A stretch of DNA of 52,522 bases from Dicyema japonicum (GCA_011109175.1 RDEW01000037.1:105770-158291), one strand, 5' to 3'. Positions 1-13,076 are shown, counted from the first letter of the stretch. The notes: generated by a model not told the origin, from the sequence alone. Translations and numbers: made by a program.

Positions 1-3000
1 TAATGAATTAGATAATCATGAAATTACACAATCTACAAAAGTTTTCTACATTAAATGTGTTTTGATATGGACAATAGCTTTATCCATATTATTATAATGA
101 GTTACATAATCATGATTATTACATAATCTACTATAGTTATTCTTGAGTAATTGTGACTTTATATGGACAATAATTTTATCCATATTAGTTAATGAATTAG
201 ATAATCATGATATTATACAATCTACGAAAATTATTCTAGAGTAATTGTGACACAATCGTCAATAGTGATTTTATAGTAATTATGACTTGATATTCACTAT
301 AGCTATTCCATATTATTGTAATGAATTAGATAATCATGATTATTACATAATCGACTATAGTTATTCAACAGTAATTATGACTTTTTATGGAATATAGCAC
401 TATCCATATTATTGTAATGAAATTAGATAATCATGATTATTACATAATCTACTATAGTTATTCTACAATAATTATGACTTGATGCATATATCGTTATCCA
501 TATAATTGTAAAGAATTAGATAATCATGATTATTAATAATCTACTATAGTTATTCTAGAGTAATTGGACTTTATATGGACTATATTTATCCATATTATTG
601 TAATGAATTAGATAATCATGATATTACACAATCTACTATAGTTATTCTACAATAATTATGACTTGATGCACATATCATTATCCATATAATTGTAATGAAT
701 TAGATAATCATGATTATTACATAATCTACTATAGTTATTCCTAGAGAAATTGTGACTTGATATGGAATATATTTATCCATATTAGTTAATGAATTAGATA
801 ATCATGATATTATACAATCTACGATAATTATTCTAGAGTAATTGTGACACAATCGACGATAGTTATTTTACAGTAATTATGACTTTATATTCAATATATG
901 TCTTTATCCACAATTATTGAAATGAATTAGATAATTATGATTATTACATAATCTACAAAAGTTTTCTACATTAAATGTGTCTTGATGTGCACAATAACTT
1001 TATCATATTATTATAATGAGTTACATAATCATGATTATTCATAATCTACTATAGGTTATTCTTCAGTAATAGTGACTTGATATGGACAATAGTTTTATCC
1101 ATATTAGTTAATGAATTAGATAATGATTGTTATTACATAATCTACTATAGTTATTCTTCAGTAATATTGACTTTATATGGACTTTATCCATATAATTGTA
1201 ATGAATTAGATAATCATGATTATTACATAATCTACTATATTTTTCTAGAATAATTATGACTTGATGCAATATAGCGTTATCCATATTATTGTAATGAATT
1301 AGATAATCATGATATTACACAATCTACGATAATTATTCTAAAGTAATTGTGACACAATCGACAATAGTTATTTTACAGTAATTATGACTTTATATTGAAT
1401 ATATGTCTTTAATCCATATTATTGTAATGAATTAGATAATTATGATTATTACATAATCTACAAAAGTTTTCTACAATAATTATGACTTGATGCACTATAT
1501 CTTTATCCATATTATTGTAATGAATTAGATAATCATGATTATTACATAATCTACTATAGTTTCTACATTAAATGTGACTTGATGCACTATAGCTTTATCC
1601 ATATTATTGTAATGAATTAGATAATCATAATCATTTTCACAATCTACAATAATTATTCTGGAGTAATTGTGACTTGATATGGACTTTATTCATATAATTG
1701 TAATGAATTAGATAATCATGATTATTACATAATCTACAATAGTTTTCTACAGTAATTGTGACTTTATATGGACTATATGCTTTATCCACATAATTGTAAT
1801 GAATTAGATAATCATGATTATTACATAATCTAAAATAGTTTTCTACATTAAATGTGTTTTGATGTGCACTCTAACTTTATCCATATTATTATAATGACTT
1901 ACATAATCATTATTATTAGATAATCTACTATAGTTTTCTACAATAATTATTCCTTGATGCACTATATCGTTATCCATATTGTAATAATTAGATAATCATG
2001 ATATTACACAATCTACAAAAGTTTTCTACATTAAATGTGTCTTGATATGGACAATAATTATCCATATTATTGTAATGACTTACATAATCATGATATTAGA
2101 TAATCTACTATAGTTATTCTTCAGTAATTGTGACTTGATATGGACCATATATTATCAATATTAGTTAATGAATTAGATAATCATGATTATTACATAATCT
2201 ACTATAGTTATCTTGAGTAATATTGACTTATATGGACTATAGCTTCATCCATATATTGTAATGAATTATATAATCATGATTATTACATAATCTACAAAAG
2301 TTTTCTACAATAATTATGACTTGATGCACTATAACGTTATCCATATAATTATAATGACTTAGATAATCATGATATTACACAATCTACTATAATTATTCTA
2401 CAGTAATTGTGACACAATCGACGATAGCTATTTTACAGTAATTATGACTTTATATTCAATATATGTCTTTATCCATATTATTGTAATGAATTAGATAATT
2501 ATGATTATTACATAATCTACTATAGTTTCTACAGTAAATGTGTCTTGATGCACTATATCGTTATCCACATTATTGTAATGAATTATATAATTATGATTAT
2601 TACATAATCTACTATAGTTTCTACATTAAATATGTCTTGATGCACTATATCGTTATCCATATTATTGTAATGACTTAATAATCATGATTATTACATAATC
2701 TACTATAGTTATTCTAGAGTAATATTGACTTTATATGGACTATATCCATATAATTGTAATGAATTAGATAATCATGATTATTACATAATCTACAATAGTT
2801 TTCTACAGTAATTGTGACTTGATATGGAATATATGCTTTATCCACATTATTGTAATGAATTAGATAATTAAATTACACATAATCTAGAATAGTTTTCTAC
2901 ATTAAATGTGACTTGATGTGCAATCTAACTCTATCCATATTATTATAATGAATTACATAATCATGATCATTACCTAATCTACAATAATTTTCTAGAGTAA

Positions 3001-3583
3001 TTGTGATTTGATGGACTATAGTATTATCCATATTATTGTAATGAATTAGATAATCATGATATTACACAATCAACGATAGTTTTTCTAAACTAATTGTGAC
3101 TTGATGTGCACTATAAATTATCCATATTATTGTAATGAATTAGATAATCATTATCATTACCCAATCTACGAACGTTATTCTACTGTAATTGTGACTTGAG
3201 ATGCACTATAATTTATCCATATTATTTAATGAATTAGATAATCATAATCATTACACAATCAACGATAGTTTTTCTAAACTAATTGTGATTTGATGTGCAC
3301 TATAACTCTATCCATATTATTGTAATGAATTAGATAATCATGATCATTACACAATCTAAGAAAGTTATGCATCACTAATTGAGACTTGATGTGCACTTTA
3401 TCCATATTATTGTAATGAATTAGATAATCATGATCATTACCCAATCTACGATAATTTTCTAGACTAATTGTGATTTGATGCAATATAGCTCTATCCATAT
3501 TATTGTAATGAATTAGATAATCATAATCATTACCTAATCTACAATAATTTTCTAGAGTAATTGTGATTTGATATGGACTATAT
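1..3583. repeat. AT-rich satellite array, ~93-95 bp monomer, ~36-38 copies, some ~130 bp long variants
   Basis: TAATGAATTAGATAATCATG recurs about every 94 bp (e.g. near 1, 95, 190, 320, 415, 508, 601). The array runs off the left edge and ends abruptly at ~3583. Confidence 0.97.
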
Positions 3584-4177
3584 AAAAGCAAGTTCTCCAG
3601 TTTGTCCAAAGTAGATAGGTCAAAGGAGAAATTTTTCTTGCAGGAGCCAGGAGGAGGAACATAAACATTCGCAATTTCAATTTTTCCAATGGAAGTTATA
3701 ACAGAGATTCCAATTATCTCCGTGTTCGATCTTCCATTAAGCTCTTGTGAAGAGAAGGGTTCTCGAGGTATTTTATTGCTTTTCTCACAAGAGTCAGTAG
3801 ACCCCTCCTTGGCCAGATGGGCGGTCGGATCTTACTGTGTTGTATCCGTTAAAGAGAGGAGTACGAATGTTATTTGAAAGTTTCGTTTCCTGGAGAAGGC
3901 AGATGTCCACTCTGTTCCTCTCCAAGAATAAGGAAAGTTCGGCAATTTTTCCTCTGATCCGTTTATGTTTAAGCTTTGATTGTTAACTTCTTTGGGCCTG
4001 GGTTTTGTTTTACGTCTACTGAGGTCAACAGTCTCAATCGATAGAATGTTCCAACAGTGAGAGAATGCCGTCCAGTGGGAAGTCCTCTGGTTGGTAGAGT
4101 GCAAATGGTTCTTTTTAGATATAGTTTAGGAATATATCCGACGCCACCAGAAACGGTGAACCACATGACGCACGCTA
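3584..4177 (-). mobile_element. 5' fragment of Ingi/Vingi-like LINE: pseudoknot, 2A-like peptide, AP endonuclease (decayed)
   Basis: Minus strand reads RLRLLTSVDVKQNPGP, then LNING, VDICLLQETKL, GLLTLVRK and IANVYVPP (APE motifs) across frameshifts. It is truncated at the satellite edge. Confidence 0.85.
4106..4171 (-). ncRNA. HDV-topology nested pseudoknot, copy 1
   Basis: P1 GCGTC/GGCGT, J1/2 ATG, P2 TGGTTC/GAACCA, P3 ACC/GGT, P4 GATAT/ATATC, A-rich linker CTAAAAA. Paired by eye. Confidence 0.6.
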
Positions 4178-4199
4178 AAATTAATAAAACAGCTATGCA

Positions 4200-4330
4200 A
4201 ACCGTGATTTTAGCTTTACTCCAGAGTAATAACTAACGTACTTCAGTATGAAACAAAAGCAGTTCCTAATTCTTCACATAGTATTTTAAAAAGTCGATGA
4301 TTTGTCGAACAACATTCTTGCCATTGTCAA
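4200..4330 (-). mobile_element. hAT (Buster-like) transposase scrap
   Basis: Minus strand reads RLFKILCEELG...FHTEVR*L, resembling the hAT LLFHTEVRWLS motif. Confidence 0.55.
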
Positions 4331-4789
4331 TGCGGCATGTTTTATTATATTTTCTCCAGAATATGACCTCTATTTGGGGAACCTATTTAAAAAAATGCCC
4401 CAAAAACAGAGGTTTCCTCAAAAATGGAGGTTCGGCATTTTCTTTAGATTTATCTACAGTTTAACAATTTAAATCTGCTTTTTTATTAAATTTATAGATA
4501 AATAATGTTTTTTTATAGATTTTTCAGAATTATATTTATTTAACGATAGGAAAATAATACTGTTAATTTCCCTCTGGTTGCTGATTTTTTCATTTGCATT
4601 CCTAATATTTTTATGAAATTATAATAATCTTTCAAAGCTTCAGGAAACAAATTGAAAATGTTCTCTTCAAGTGTATTCATCGCTGTTATTGTTTCCAAAT
4701 GAGAATAGGTACATTTTACTCCGTCGTATATATTCTCGTCATCATTTTCTACTTCATTTTCAGTAAATCTTTTTTTTAATTTTTTTTAA

Positions 4790-7650
4790 TTTAAAAATTT
4801 ATTATTAAAAAACATGAGTAGTTAATTACTGAGTACAGCGGATATGATCAAGTGGCTGTCCTTGGAAAAGCCACTCGGTTTCTCTTTCTAAGGAAAGAGA
4901 CCGTCTTGGGGCCAAAGACTCCTCTCGTCTCGACGACCACTGGCTGTACATGGAAACGGTTTAGGAGGCTGCTGTATTTCTTTATTTTTGAGTTTTCATA
5001 TAAACGGGCGGCCTCTCCCGCTTTCATTGCCGACCTCAAAAGTTTCGACTGGGAAAAGCTGTCAGTACAGGCAGCATCCCAAATTAAGCATTTGCCCCGA
5101 GAGAAGGGGAATACAGTCGCTTCCCATTATCCTACTCATGCCCGTTGGCTCTAAATGGATGGGTATCCCGCCAACTCGAGGGCGCGCTTCACCACTTCAT
5201 TTATAGCCTTGTGTCTAGCGAATCGACCTGCGCTTTTTCAACAAAAAAGGGCATGATGTCCATAGCAGTCGACTTTCCGGCCGCATCGGCACTCAAGGGG
5301 TTGGCAAACTTTCAATCCAAGTCTGATGGAGACTCCGGTGCGGACGGTTTCATCGTCTAAGTGAGTTTCCACGTTTCCAGTGGGTAGGGCATTGATCCAA
5401 GCCCCGCTCCACTCGCATCTTGCAGTTAAAAGACAGGCTCGTCGGTGTTGGTTAGATATTTTCAAAAGCCTCTCGTATTTATCCTCGCAGACAGACTCAT
5501 AAAGGTCTCTCTGCCCGGGTTGTTTGACTTTAGGGTGTACCAAATCTTCGATCTTTGACGACTCTGATGGGAGCTGGAGAATCATCATGATCAAATTCTG
5601 ATTGGAGTCCAATGAGGATTGATTTGCCGGGTGTGCTAAATCATATGGTGAGAGAATTCCGAGTCCACCAAAGCGAACGGGCAAGGTTGCTTGTTCCCAT
5701 CCTTGTTCGTCGAATTCGACATTAGTAATACGTTCGGTCGTAGACCGGAATAGGGAATCAATCGCCCCGAGTTGTTGCATTTTCAGGTAACATGGAGCTC
5801 CTCGAAAGACGTAATTTAATTTCTGCGAGGATAAAGCGTTTTTCATGAGAAAAGAGAGGTATGTGCATCCAGCATCCCAAGGCGTAAAAAAGTTTTTTTT
5901 AGTTGCTGTTCTTTAGCCAACAGAGTGTCGTTAATTCCAGTTTCAGCCAAAGTGCATCCAAGTATTTCTAAATGATCCGGCTCGATTTCCGATATTTTAG
6001 GAATAATCTCCCGAAACATTAATAGGATCCGATTCCATTCATATCGGGAGAATCCATAATTAACAATTTCGCATTTGGATGCGTTTAGCTTTAAACCAAG
6101 CGTATCCAATTGGGTTAGTAATCTCTGTAGACAGTCATCTACATTGTTAGGATGACCTCCCAGGGTGTAATCATCCAAATACCACACGTTCAGCGGAGTA
6201 GTAAGGCATCTCATGACACGGTCGACACCGAGGCAGAACAATGCCGGTCCTAGTGGGTCTCCTTGCTGAACCACACGACGAGGGAATGAAGTATTTCCCA
6301 TGTACAAGACTGGACGGTTTTCCATACGAACAATGAACATAATTATATATAGACGGGTAATGGGTAAGACAATCTTCCAAAATTACATCGCGCCGTATGG
6401 TATTGAAGGCGTTTTTTATGTCAATCTTGAGGACCACACAAGGCATGTTCGTTCTGTTTCCAGTAAACATCCGAACGGCATGAACCGCCGCCTCACATCC
6501 ACCAGGAGTACCGACCCCTACTTGGGTTGGTCGCAGTTGTTTGACAAGCATCGGAAGGATTGCTCTGCTAGCAAGTTTAGAAGCCAGTCGACGAAAAACA
6601 AACCCAACAGCAATAGGACGAATTCCTCCTCCACATTTATCAAAGGCAATTAACTTGGCGGAAAACATAATATGACGGATTGCTTCTGGTAATCTTCCGG
6701 AAAGCATTCTGTTGATTAACCTCGTTATAGCCGATAATAGCCGAACACCAGAGTTCCCCGTATTCTGATCAATTAAGTCTTTTAGGTGTCCTGGACGGAG
6801 TCCGTCGAGTCCGCCACTGCTGCTGGGGCGAATGAGAGGATCGCATCTTTCACGTCCCCCTCAGAAATAATCAGACTAGGTAATTCTCCAGAGCAAGTAG
6901 GGATCTGCTCGTCCACTGGCGGACCAGGATGTCGTTCAACCAGTGCATCGTAGGAGTGTTCAGTTGGCTCAATTAGACGGTTATGCTCTTCTAGAGTCCT
7001 CACGGCGGCCCGGACTCCACCTTCAGATAGTTTGCGATGTATCGCTCTTCAATCAATCTTTGTGTTTCTGAGGCATGGTTCTCGTGGTTTGAGGGCTTGA
7101 AGGTATATTCTCGGGAGTCACTGAACAAATTTCCAGAAGAAAACAAGCAAATATTTTCTTTTACAATAGCGTGAGCGATTCCTGATCTTTCCTCTTCTGA
7201 CAGGGCATACATAGCGTGTATGGTGCAAAGTAGAATAATCGTGTCCAATCACTGGTTCAGTCGAAGAAATTGCCCTTTCAATACAATCGTGTAAACAGTC
7301 GGCGGCAGGAACACGGGGAGCTTTTGGAATTTTGATCATGATCCTTCGTGTAGATGCCAAGTTTGCAATTTATTCAAGGGTTTTCTGGTAATCTATTGGT
7401 ATTCGTTCAGGTGAATTAGGTGGAGTCGATGGTGCTTTCGTCCCAGGAAGTAGGCATGCCTGGCAACACCAGTTGGTAATGGTGGTAAGGGCTTTTTTGG
7501 TCATTCCAACACATGACATGTGAAAAACCGACGAACAAACGACACAACATATCAGCCGCTTTCTTTTGTTAATTTTATTGCAAAATTCACAAAGCTCTTC
7601 TCTTTTGTCGATCTTGTGCATATCGCTTCTGGTTACTTTTTCTCAATTAC
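4790..7650 (-). mobile_element. CRE/SLACS-clade non-LTR retrotransposon, near full length, frameshifted (PHD finger, RT, restriction-like endonuclease)
   Basis: N-terminal C4HC3 PHD finger (CEFC...CCVVCSSVFHMSC...WCCQAC), RT motifs GGGIRPIAVG, QQGDPLGPALF and WYLDD, C-terminal CRCG...HAL.C...RH..IN and PVVVETRG. Confidence 0.92.
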
Positions 7651-7869
7651 ACCACACACAAGTTTTCAGTAATTATATCTTTAATTATATTATCTAAACT
7701 CTCCAATTCATTATTCACCAATGAGAGAGTTTGAAAAACGACATTCATCAATTTTTATCCAACAATTAGTAATTGATTCAGAGTGTATTTGTAGTCATCG
7801 TACTTATCAAAAAAATTCCAAGGCAAGAAATATCACACGAATTTTTTTCACCACTTATTGTCTTAAATG

Positions 7870-8500
7870 ACAAATTGTGTCTTTCTTAAATTTTTCAAGC
7901 CAACCATTGAGGTATAGTTCAAATTCCTAGCTACTTTTATAGCTATGTTTTAAGAATAGGTCCTGAAACGGAAATACTTTAAAAAGGCATTCATAAACAA
8001 TTTTATCGAATTTCTGTGACAACTGTCTCTTCTCTGTGAAATTTGACTAAGACAATTTGATTGTACAAACCCATTATTTATTAAGTTCATATAATTTTGT
8101 TTAATTCTAGATACTGCCCCTAAACAATAGAATTATCAGATAACCTTTACTAATTTTATATTTTTTGACAATATCTCGTTCGCTCATGAAACAATTTCGT
8201 TGATTTCTTGAACAATTTTAAGCTTTAACTCCAGAGTAAGCTTCCTCCCCATGACAACAAAAACGCAAATCTAGCACGCTAAGTTTAAGAAAATTTTATA
8301 TAATTAAATTTAATATTAATTGCAAGACTTTATATAAATTAAAAAAAATTAAGTGCCCCACAAAGTGGTTCATGTAATTTCCAAATTTGGAAATTACTGT
8401 ATTAAAATGATCTAATTTTCAAACTGCCCCAAAACCTGGGGGTGCCCCAAAAATAGATGTGCCCCAATTAGGAGGTCCGCTCAAAATGGAGGTTGCACTG
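7870..8500 (-). mobile_element. pogo/Tigger-like transposon, 5' remnant
   Basis: Terminus TA-CAGTGCAACCTCC at 8500, similar to the other pogo ends. Minus-strand LTLELKLKIV (psq HTH) and SGPIL...NGWL (CENP-B HTH) remnants. Confidence 0.65.
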
Positions 8501-8539
8501 TACTTTGTTTTTGACAATAATTAAGGATATCTAAAATAA

Positions 8540-8800
8540 ATGCTTCAATTATTAATACTTCATATGAAGCTAGCAGACATGGTTTATCTATTGGTCTAAA
8601 TCCGATATTACTAAGTTTTTCAGATTTATCATATTTAGTTCTCTTTGCAATAAAACTTTCGACAGTGTCAACATTTTGTGGGTGAGTTTTTTCCTTATGT
8701 CTTTTTAATTGAGACGGCTTCAAAGAGTTGTTTCCCATTATAACGTCGCATATCATACACTGCTTTTTTACTGCGCTTTATCGACGTTGTCAGATCCAGT
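8540..8800 (-). mobile_element. hAT Buster/ZBED5-like transposase N-terminal fragment
   Basis: CMICDVIMGNNSLKPSQLKRHKEKTH...LLASYEV is typical of Buster/ZBED5-type transposases. Confidence 0.75.
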
Positions 8801-8854
8801 ATATTAAAAAAATCCATATTGGACATAGGAATCAATCCATTTGCGATTAACCAT

Positions 8855-10700
8855 TATTATTATTATTATTATTATAAGCAACTACATAGAATCATATAAA
8901 CTATAATTCTATCCTTAAGGTGTTTAGAAGGATGACAGGGCGCAGGTTTTCAACTGGCCCAGGTGGTTTATTACTTTTTTGAACTGGTACTAGTATCCCC
9001 TTTCCAATTTCTGAAAAGTCCTTGTTTTCTATCATGTCATTCAGCAATTTTGAGAGTTTATCTGCAAGTTCTGGAAGGCCAAATTTTAGCAATTCAGATG
9101 GTATATTATCTGGTCCTGGAGAGCGCCCAGATTTAAGTTTCCTTATCGCCATGCAAACCTCCTCCGGTGAAATGATCCGTTCAAGTGTTGTGTTCTTAGC
9201 CGTGAAATCTGATTTTTCTCCTTTTACAAAGAACAGTTGTTCAATATGCGATGCTATGAACTCTGTCTGTTCTGCAACATTTCCTATTGTTTTTCCATTT
9301 CTGTCATGCAAAATAAGTTTCACTGATTGGCTCTTCCTCCGTATTAGTCGTATAGCCATGAATGTCGCAGCATTGTCTTTAAGGTTTTCTACCTCTCTGA
9401 TCTTGCTTTCCAACTGACTAGTGTGATGTAGTCTGTTTAGGAGTTTGATTTTTCTCTCAATTTGCCTTCGTTCTTGTTTCAGTTTGCAAACAGTCTGAGG
9501 ATCGACAGTATTTTCGGATCTAAGCCTTAAGTTCTTCTGCAAATTCAATAGGGCTGACACTTCCGGGTGACGCTGACTGCTATGGGGTTTAAGTTCCCCC
9601 AATGTTTGTCAGCAGCGGAAATGATCCCTCTCATAGTTTCGAGCCATGCCTTTCCTGGTGAAAGATCCGATGCCGTATTATTAATTGAATCCGATACACA
9701 TTCTTTATAGTCTGCTTGTACTTTTGGTGAAGAGCCCAAGAGTTCAGTCATATACCTTCTTGATCGCGTGGAATCTCCACCACGATGTGTTTGGAAGAAG
9801 CATCTTCTATTAGTTATCCCGTAGAGGAACTCCTCCGCAGTTGGACCAAGTCTTAAGCTGAATCTTGCTGACACAATTTTGTGATCACTGTTAACAGTTA
9901 GTCCTCCATAAGATCTCGAGTCCCGTAAGAGAGATTTGTCTTTTACTCGACACAGAATATAATCGATCTGATTATAAATCCTTATCAGATTTCCGGTGGT
10001 CGATAGTCTAGTGCCCATCCACGTTGTCTTGTGGCGTGCGGAATGTTGGAATTGAGTATTGCACAGGAATAAATCAAAGGATTCGCAGAAATATGCCAGA
10101 GCAGTACCAGAATAGTTCCTGATCCCCCTTCCATGTGGTCCAATAAAACGTTCGTGTCCTTGATGTACCCCAGCTTTAGCATTCCAATCACCAGCGATAA
10201 AGAGGAACGATGAAAACTTCAGAGAAGATACGACCTCGACAAGTTCTTCGTAGAAAACGTCCAATTCCTCTGGGTTTTTGGAAACACGGCCACTATGTGG
10301 GGCGTACACGTTCACAATGGAAATTAGTTGCCTGGACTTCCCTTTGGGTCCAATAAGAAATTGAATAACACATATCCTGTCATCAATTTTCCAATATCGA
10401 TGTAATCTGGGGAGCAAATTCTTGTGAACAGCGAAACCCTGTCCATAGTGTTTACAGTACGATGGAAGGAGGATTAGTCTGTAGTCTCCAAGGTTTTCAT
10501 CGAGTCCTTTTCTGAGCTTCGTCTCTTGGAGACAGCAAACAGAGCATCCATATTTTGCAAGGTCCAGACATAGTTGGTGCCTCTTCGACCAGTCATTAAG
10601 GCCCCTGGCATTGAAGGTAAGGGTAGAAAACCAGAAAGGATTATTCAAATACGTATTAGACATATGTGCTATAGAGGGACGTCACCACCTCAACCAAAAA
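8855..10700 (-). mobile_element. RTE-clade LINE, internally deleted (APE and linker retained, most of RT missing, (TAA)n tail)
   Basis: ORF 9545-10663 has TFNARGL, CLQET, AGDWNA, QIDYI and SDH (APE). ORF 8901-9602 ends at NLRPVILLNT and is joined to a GTTGCTTA(TAA)n tail like the one at ~13980. Confidence 0.88.
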
Positions 10701-10839
10701 GCTTAATCGACAAAAAGATTCATCCAAGAAATTTTAAAGGAAATTTCGATATATAAATTAAAATTTGTAAATTAATCACAATGATACACATAAACATCAT
10801 TAAAAAGGTTAAAAATCATTGAAAGAGCATTAGTAAGAA

Positions 10840-12873
10840 TCAGTTATCACATGGTAGAGTACCAACAACACCAGACTCATAAATCACAATTTTCCCACCT
10901 TTACAAATGACTGCAAAGTAGTCAGTTGTCACATCCATCGTTTTTATATGACAGGCAAATATTGCCTCCAAAGCCAACATCTCTCCTATTAAAGGATCGG
11001 AACACCCAAGATCCCACAAACACAAATTTCCCTCATTCGAAAGTGACAGTAAGGTATTGACAGAGGAGAAGGCCAGAGACTTTATCCCTCCTGACATAAA
11101 TTGACCCATATCCAGGCTCAGATCTCTTCTAAAGATCGCTATCATGAGACAACTCTAGTACCTTCCCCGTCATTCAATGTAAACAGCCTAACCGCGCACG
11201 AATTGTACCCTATAGCTACTAAATCCATCGTAAAATCAACGTCAAATGAAGTTATTTCCCCCAAATCTGTCGATCCTATCGTAAATAACAAAATCAACCT
11301 GGAAAAGTCGACTTTTGAAGAGAATCAGCATTAAATGGATTGACCAGAACAAATGAGCCAAATCTTGAGCACAAAAATATCATATTTTGGTCCGAATAGA
11401 CGTCAAACAAGTACAAGAACTCATCAAAATCATCTACATGGGTCAAACTCGATAAAAACCGACTGAAAGTACAATCTCATCCTTCACCTCAAGCTGAGGG
11501 ACAGAATAGGTTAAAAGATATCCTCCAGTGAGAACCACCAGCAAGTTTTGGCAAACAGTGATATCCATAATGTCCTGTTTTTCCACAACAATATCTAAAT
11601 AGGATTCTTCCAATTAGAATAATCTAGAAAACCAGGTTCCTCCACATAATTTGACCACAAAAAAAGTACTCCCCTCTCTGAAAGTCCAACAAAAGAAATT
11701 TCTGAAACTAATACAATCTTAAGGGCTGTTTCGTTGAGCAAATTTCTGAATAGCTCATTTGCCCGACTAAAATAAGACAAACCATACTTTAGTTGGCCCA
11801 AAACACTCATATTAAGTTCAACCGTTTCCCCCATTTCAATAAGACCAGTCAGGTTGTTTCGATTTATAAGATTCGTGACAGAATCATCGCTAAAATAGTT
11901 AAGTTTGCCAACATGTTGAAGAGTGAGACAAGCCTGAGGGGTGAATTGTCGTAGTCATCAAACTGGTCTCCTTCTAGTTCCATTGAGCGAGAAAAATCGT
12001 CCTCCAGCAAATCCATTTGTTGATCATCAATAAGATGGTCATCCTCAATGAGAACACTAGAGAGGAGAGAAGGTGGGTTTTTTAAGTCAACTACTACAAA
12101 TAATAAAACATAATACATGTCTTCTCCGACTCAGAGATCTCGTCGTCCTTTGACGACAGTTGGGACTCAAATTCATCACAGACTAAAATCAATAAGTCAC
12201 TTACTCTCTAAAAGATCGTCATAAGGGTTCTTCTCGAACTGATTCGACTCAGCAAAATCATTGTCATCCGTTTTGGACAGACTACACATAATTAACTCAG
12301 TTCTCACATGTTCGTGCTGATCGATGCGTTCCTGGAGTCTCCCGTCGAATGGGGACTTGACAGATGCATTAATCTGTCACCAAACTCAAATTCATTCAAA
12401 TAACGCCTCAACGTCTCCCTCCCATGTGCCCAGTTTCCACTGTAGTTGTCATACTGAGGGATATCTGAACATCAGAGTAATACAAACCTCCTTCAGCATC
12501 GTGTTCGTAGTTAAAATCCACGGATATGGGGATCTCAGCCTGCGGCGTATCAGCGTTGTTACTTCTTCCGTAAAATTATACCAAACCTCGATAGGGCAAA
12601 CTCTAAGACCCGAATTCTTGCTAAAAGATCGTTTCTTATGTTAGCATTGCCTTTCCTTTCCCCCAGAAGGTAGCAAATGTGGGCCTAGGATTGCCTATGG
12701 TTATCTACCTTAAGTTGTGTCCTTTCGATTTCCCACTCCATGGCTCTTATTTTGAACAGTTTTAGTTCTTTTTGCAAGTATTCGATTGCATTAGAGAATG
12801 CGAAAGTCACATGTCCCTGTTCGTTAGGTTTTTCTATGTTCTCGATTTCATAGTCTTTAAAGATGTTGTCCAT
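10840..12873 (-). CDS. STRN: Striatin-family (STRIPAK/PP2A B''' scaffold) protein, divergent, multi-exon, C-terminal WD40-like region
   Basis: Spliced translation gives EWEIERTQLK|AHICYLLGERKG..RNDLLARIRVLEFAL and WAHGRETLRRYLNEF, matching the striatin coiled coil and calmodulin-binding region. At least 7 GT-AG introns of 22-26 nt. 3' exon boundaries are less certain. Confidence 0.85.
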
Positions 12874-12964
12874 CACAAACAAACAACAAAACCAAATCTG
12901 AATTAATTAAATTATTTAATTTTAAATTTGATTAAAAACTAGTTTTAAATTGACATTTCTACAA

Positions 12965-13076
12965 AGTTGACTGAAGAAAACAAACGGTGAGAGAAGCCGG
13001 GATCACCTGATGGCGTTTTTCTTTTAATTAGTTTACCTGGTGATTTTTGGCTTATTATAATAATAATAATAATAAA
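12965..13076 (+). mobile_element. Isolated LINE 3' tail
   Basis: GGGATCAC motif (12999-13006), pyrimidine-rich tract and (TAA)n, as in the other tails of this family. Confidence 0.6.

Noticed and set aside
1-3583. CRISPR-like array
   Set aside because: There are no unique spacers and no cas genes. The whole unit is repeated and the context is eukaryotic.
3274-3609. 111-aa repetitive ORF (DYLIHYNNMD repeats)
   Set aside because: It is a chance open frame through satellite monomers fused to the broken end of the LINE APE frame.
7620-7800. Spliced-leader RNA gene as CRE target site
   Set aside because: No recognisable SL exon, donor plus Sm site, or shared flank among the CRE copies.
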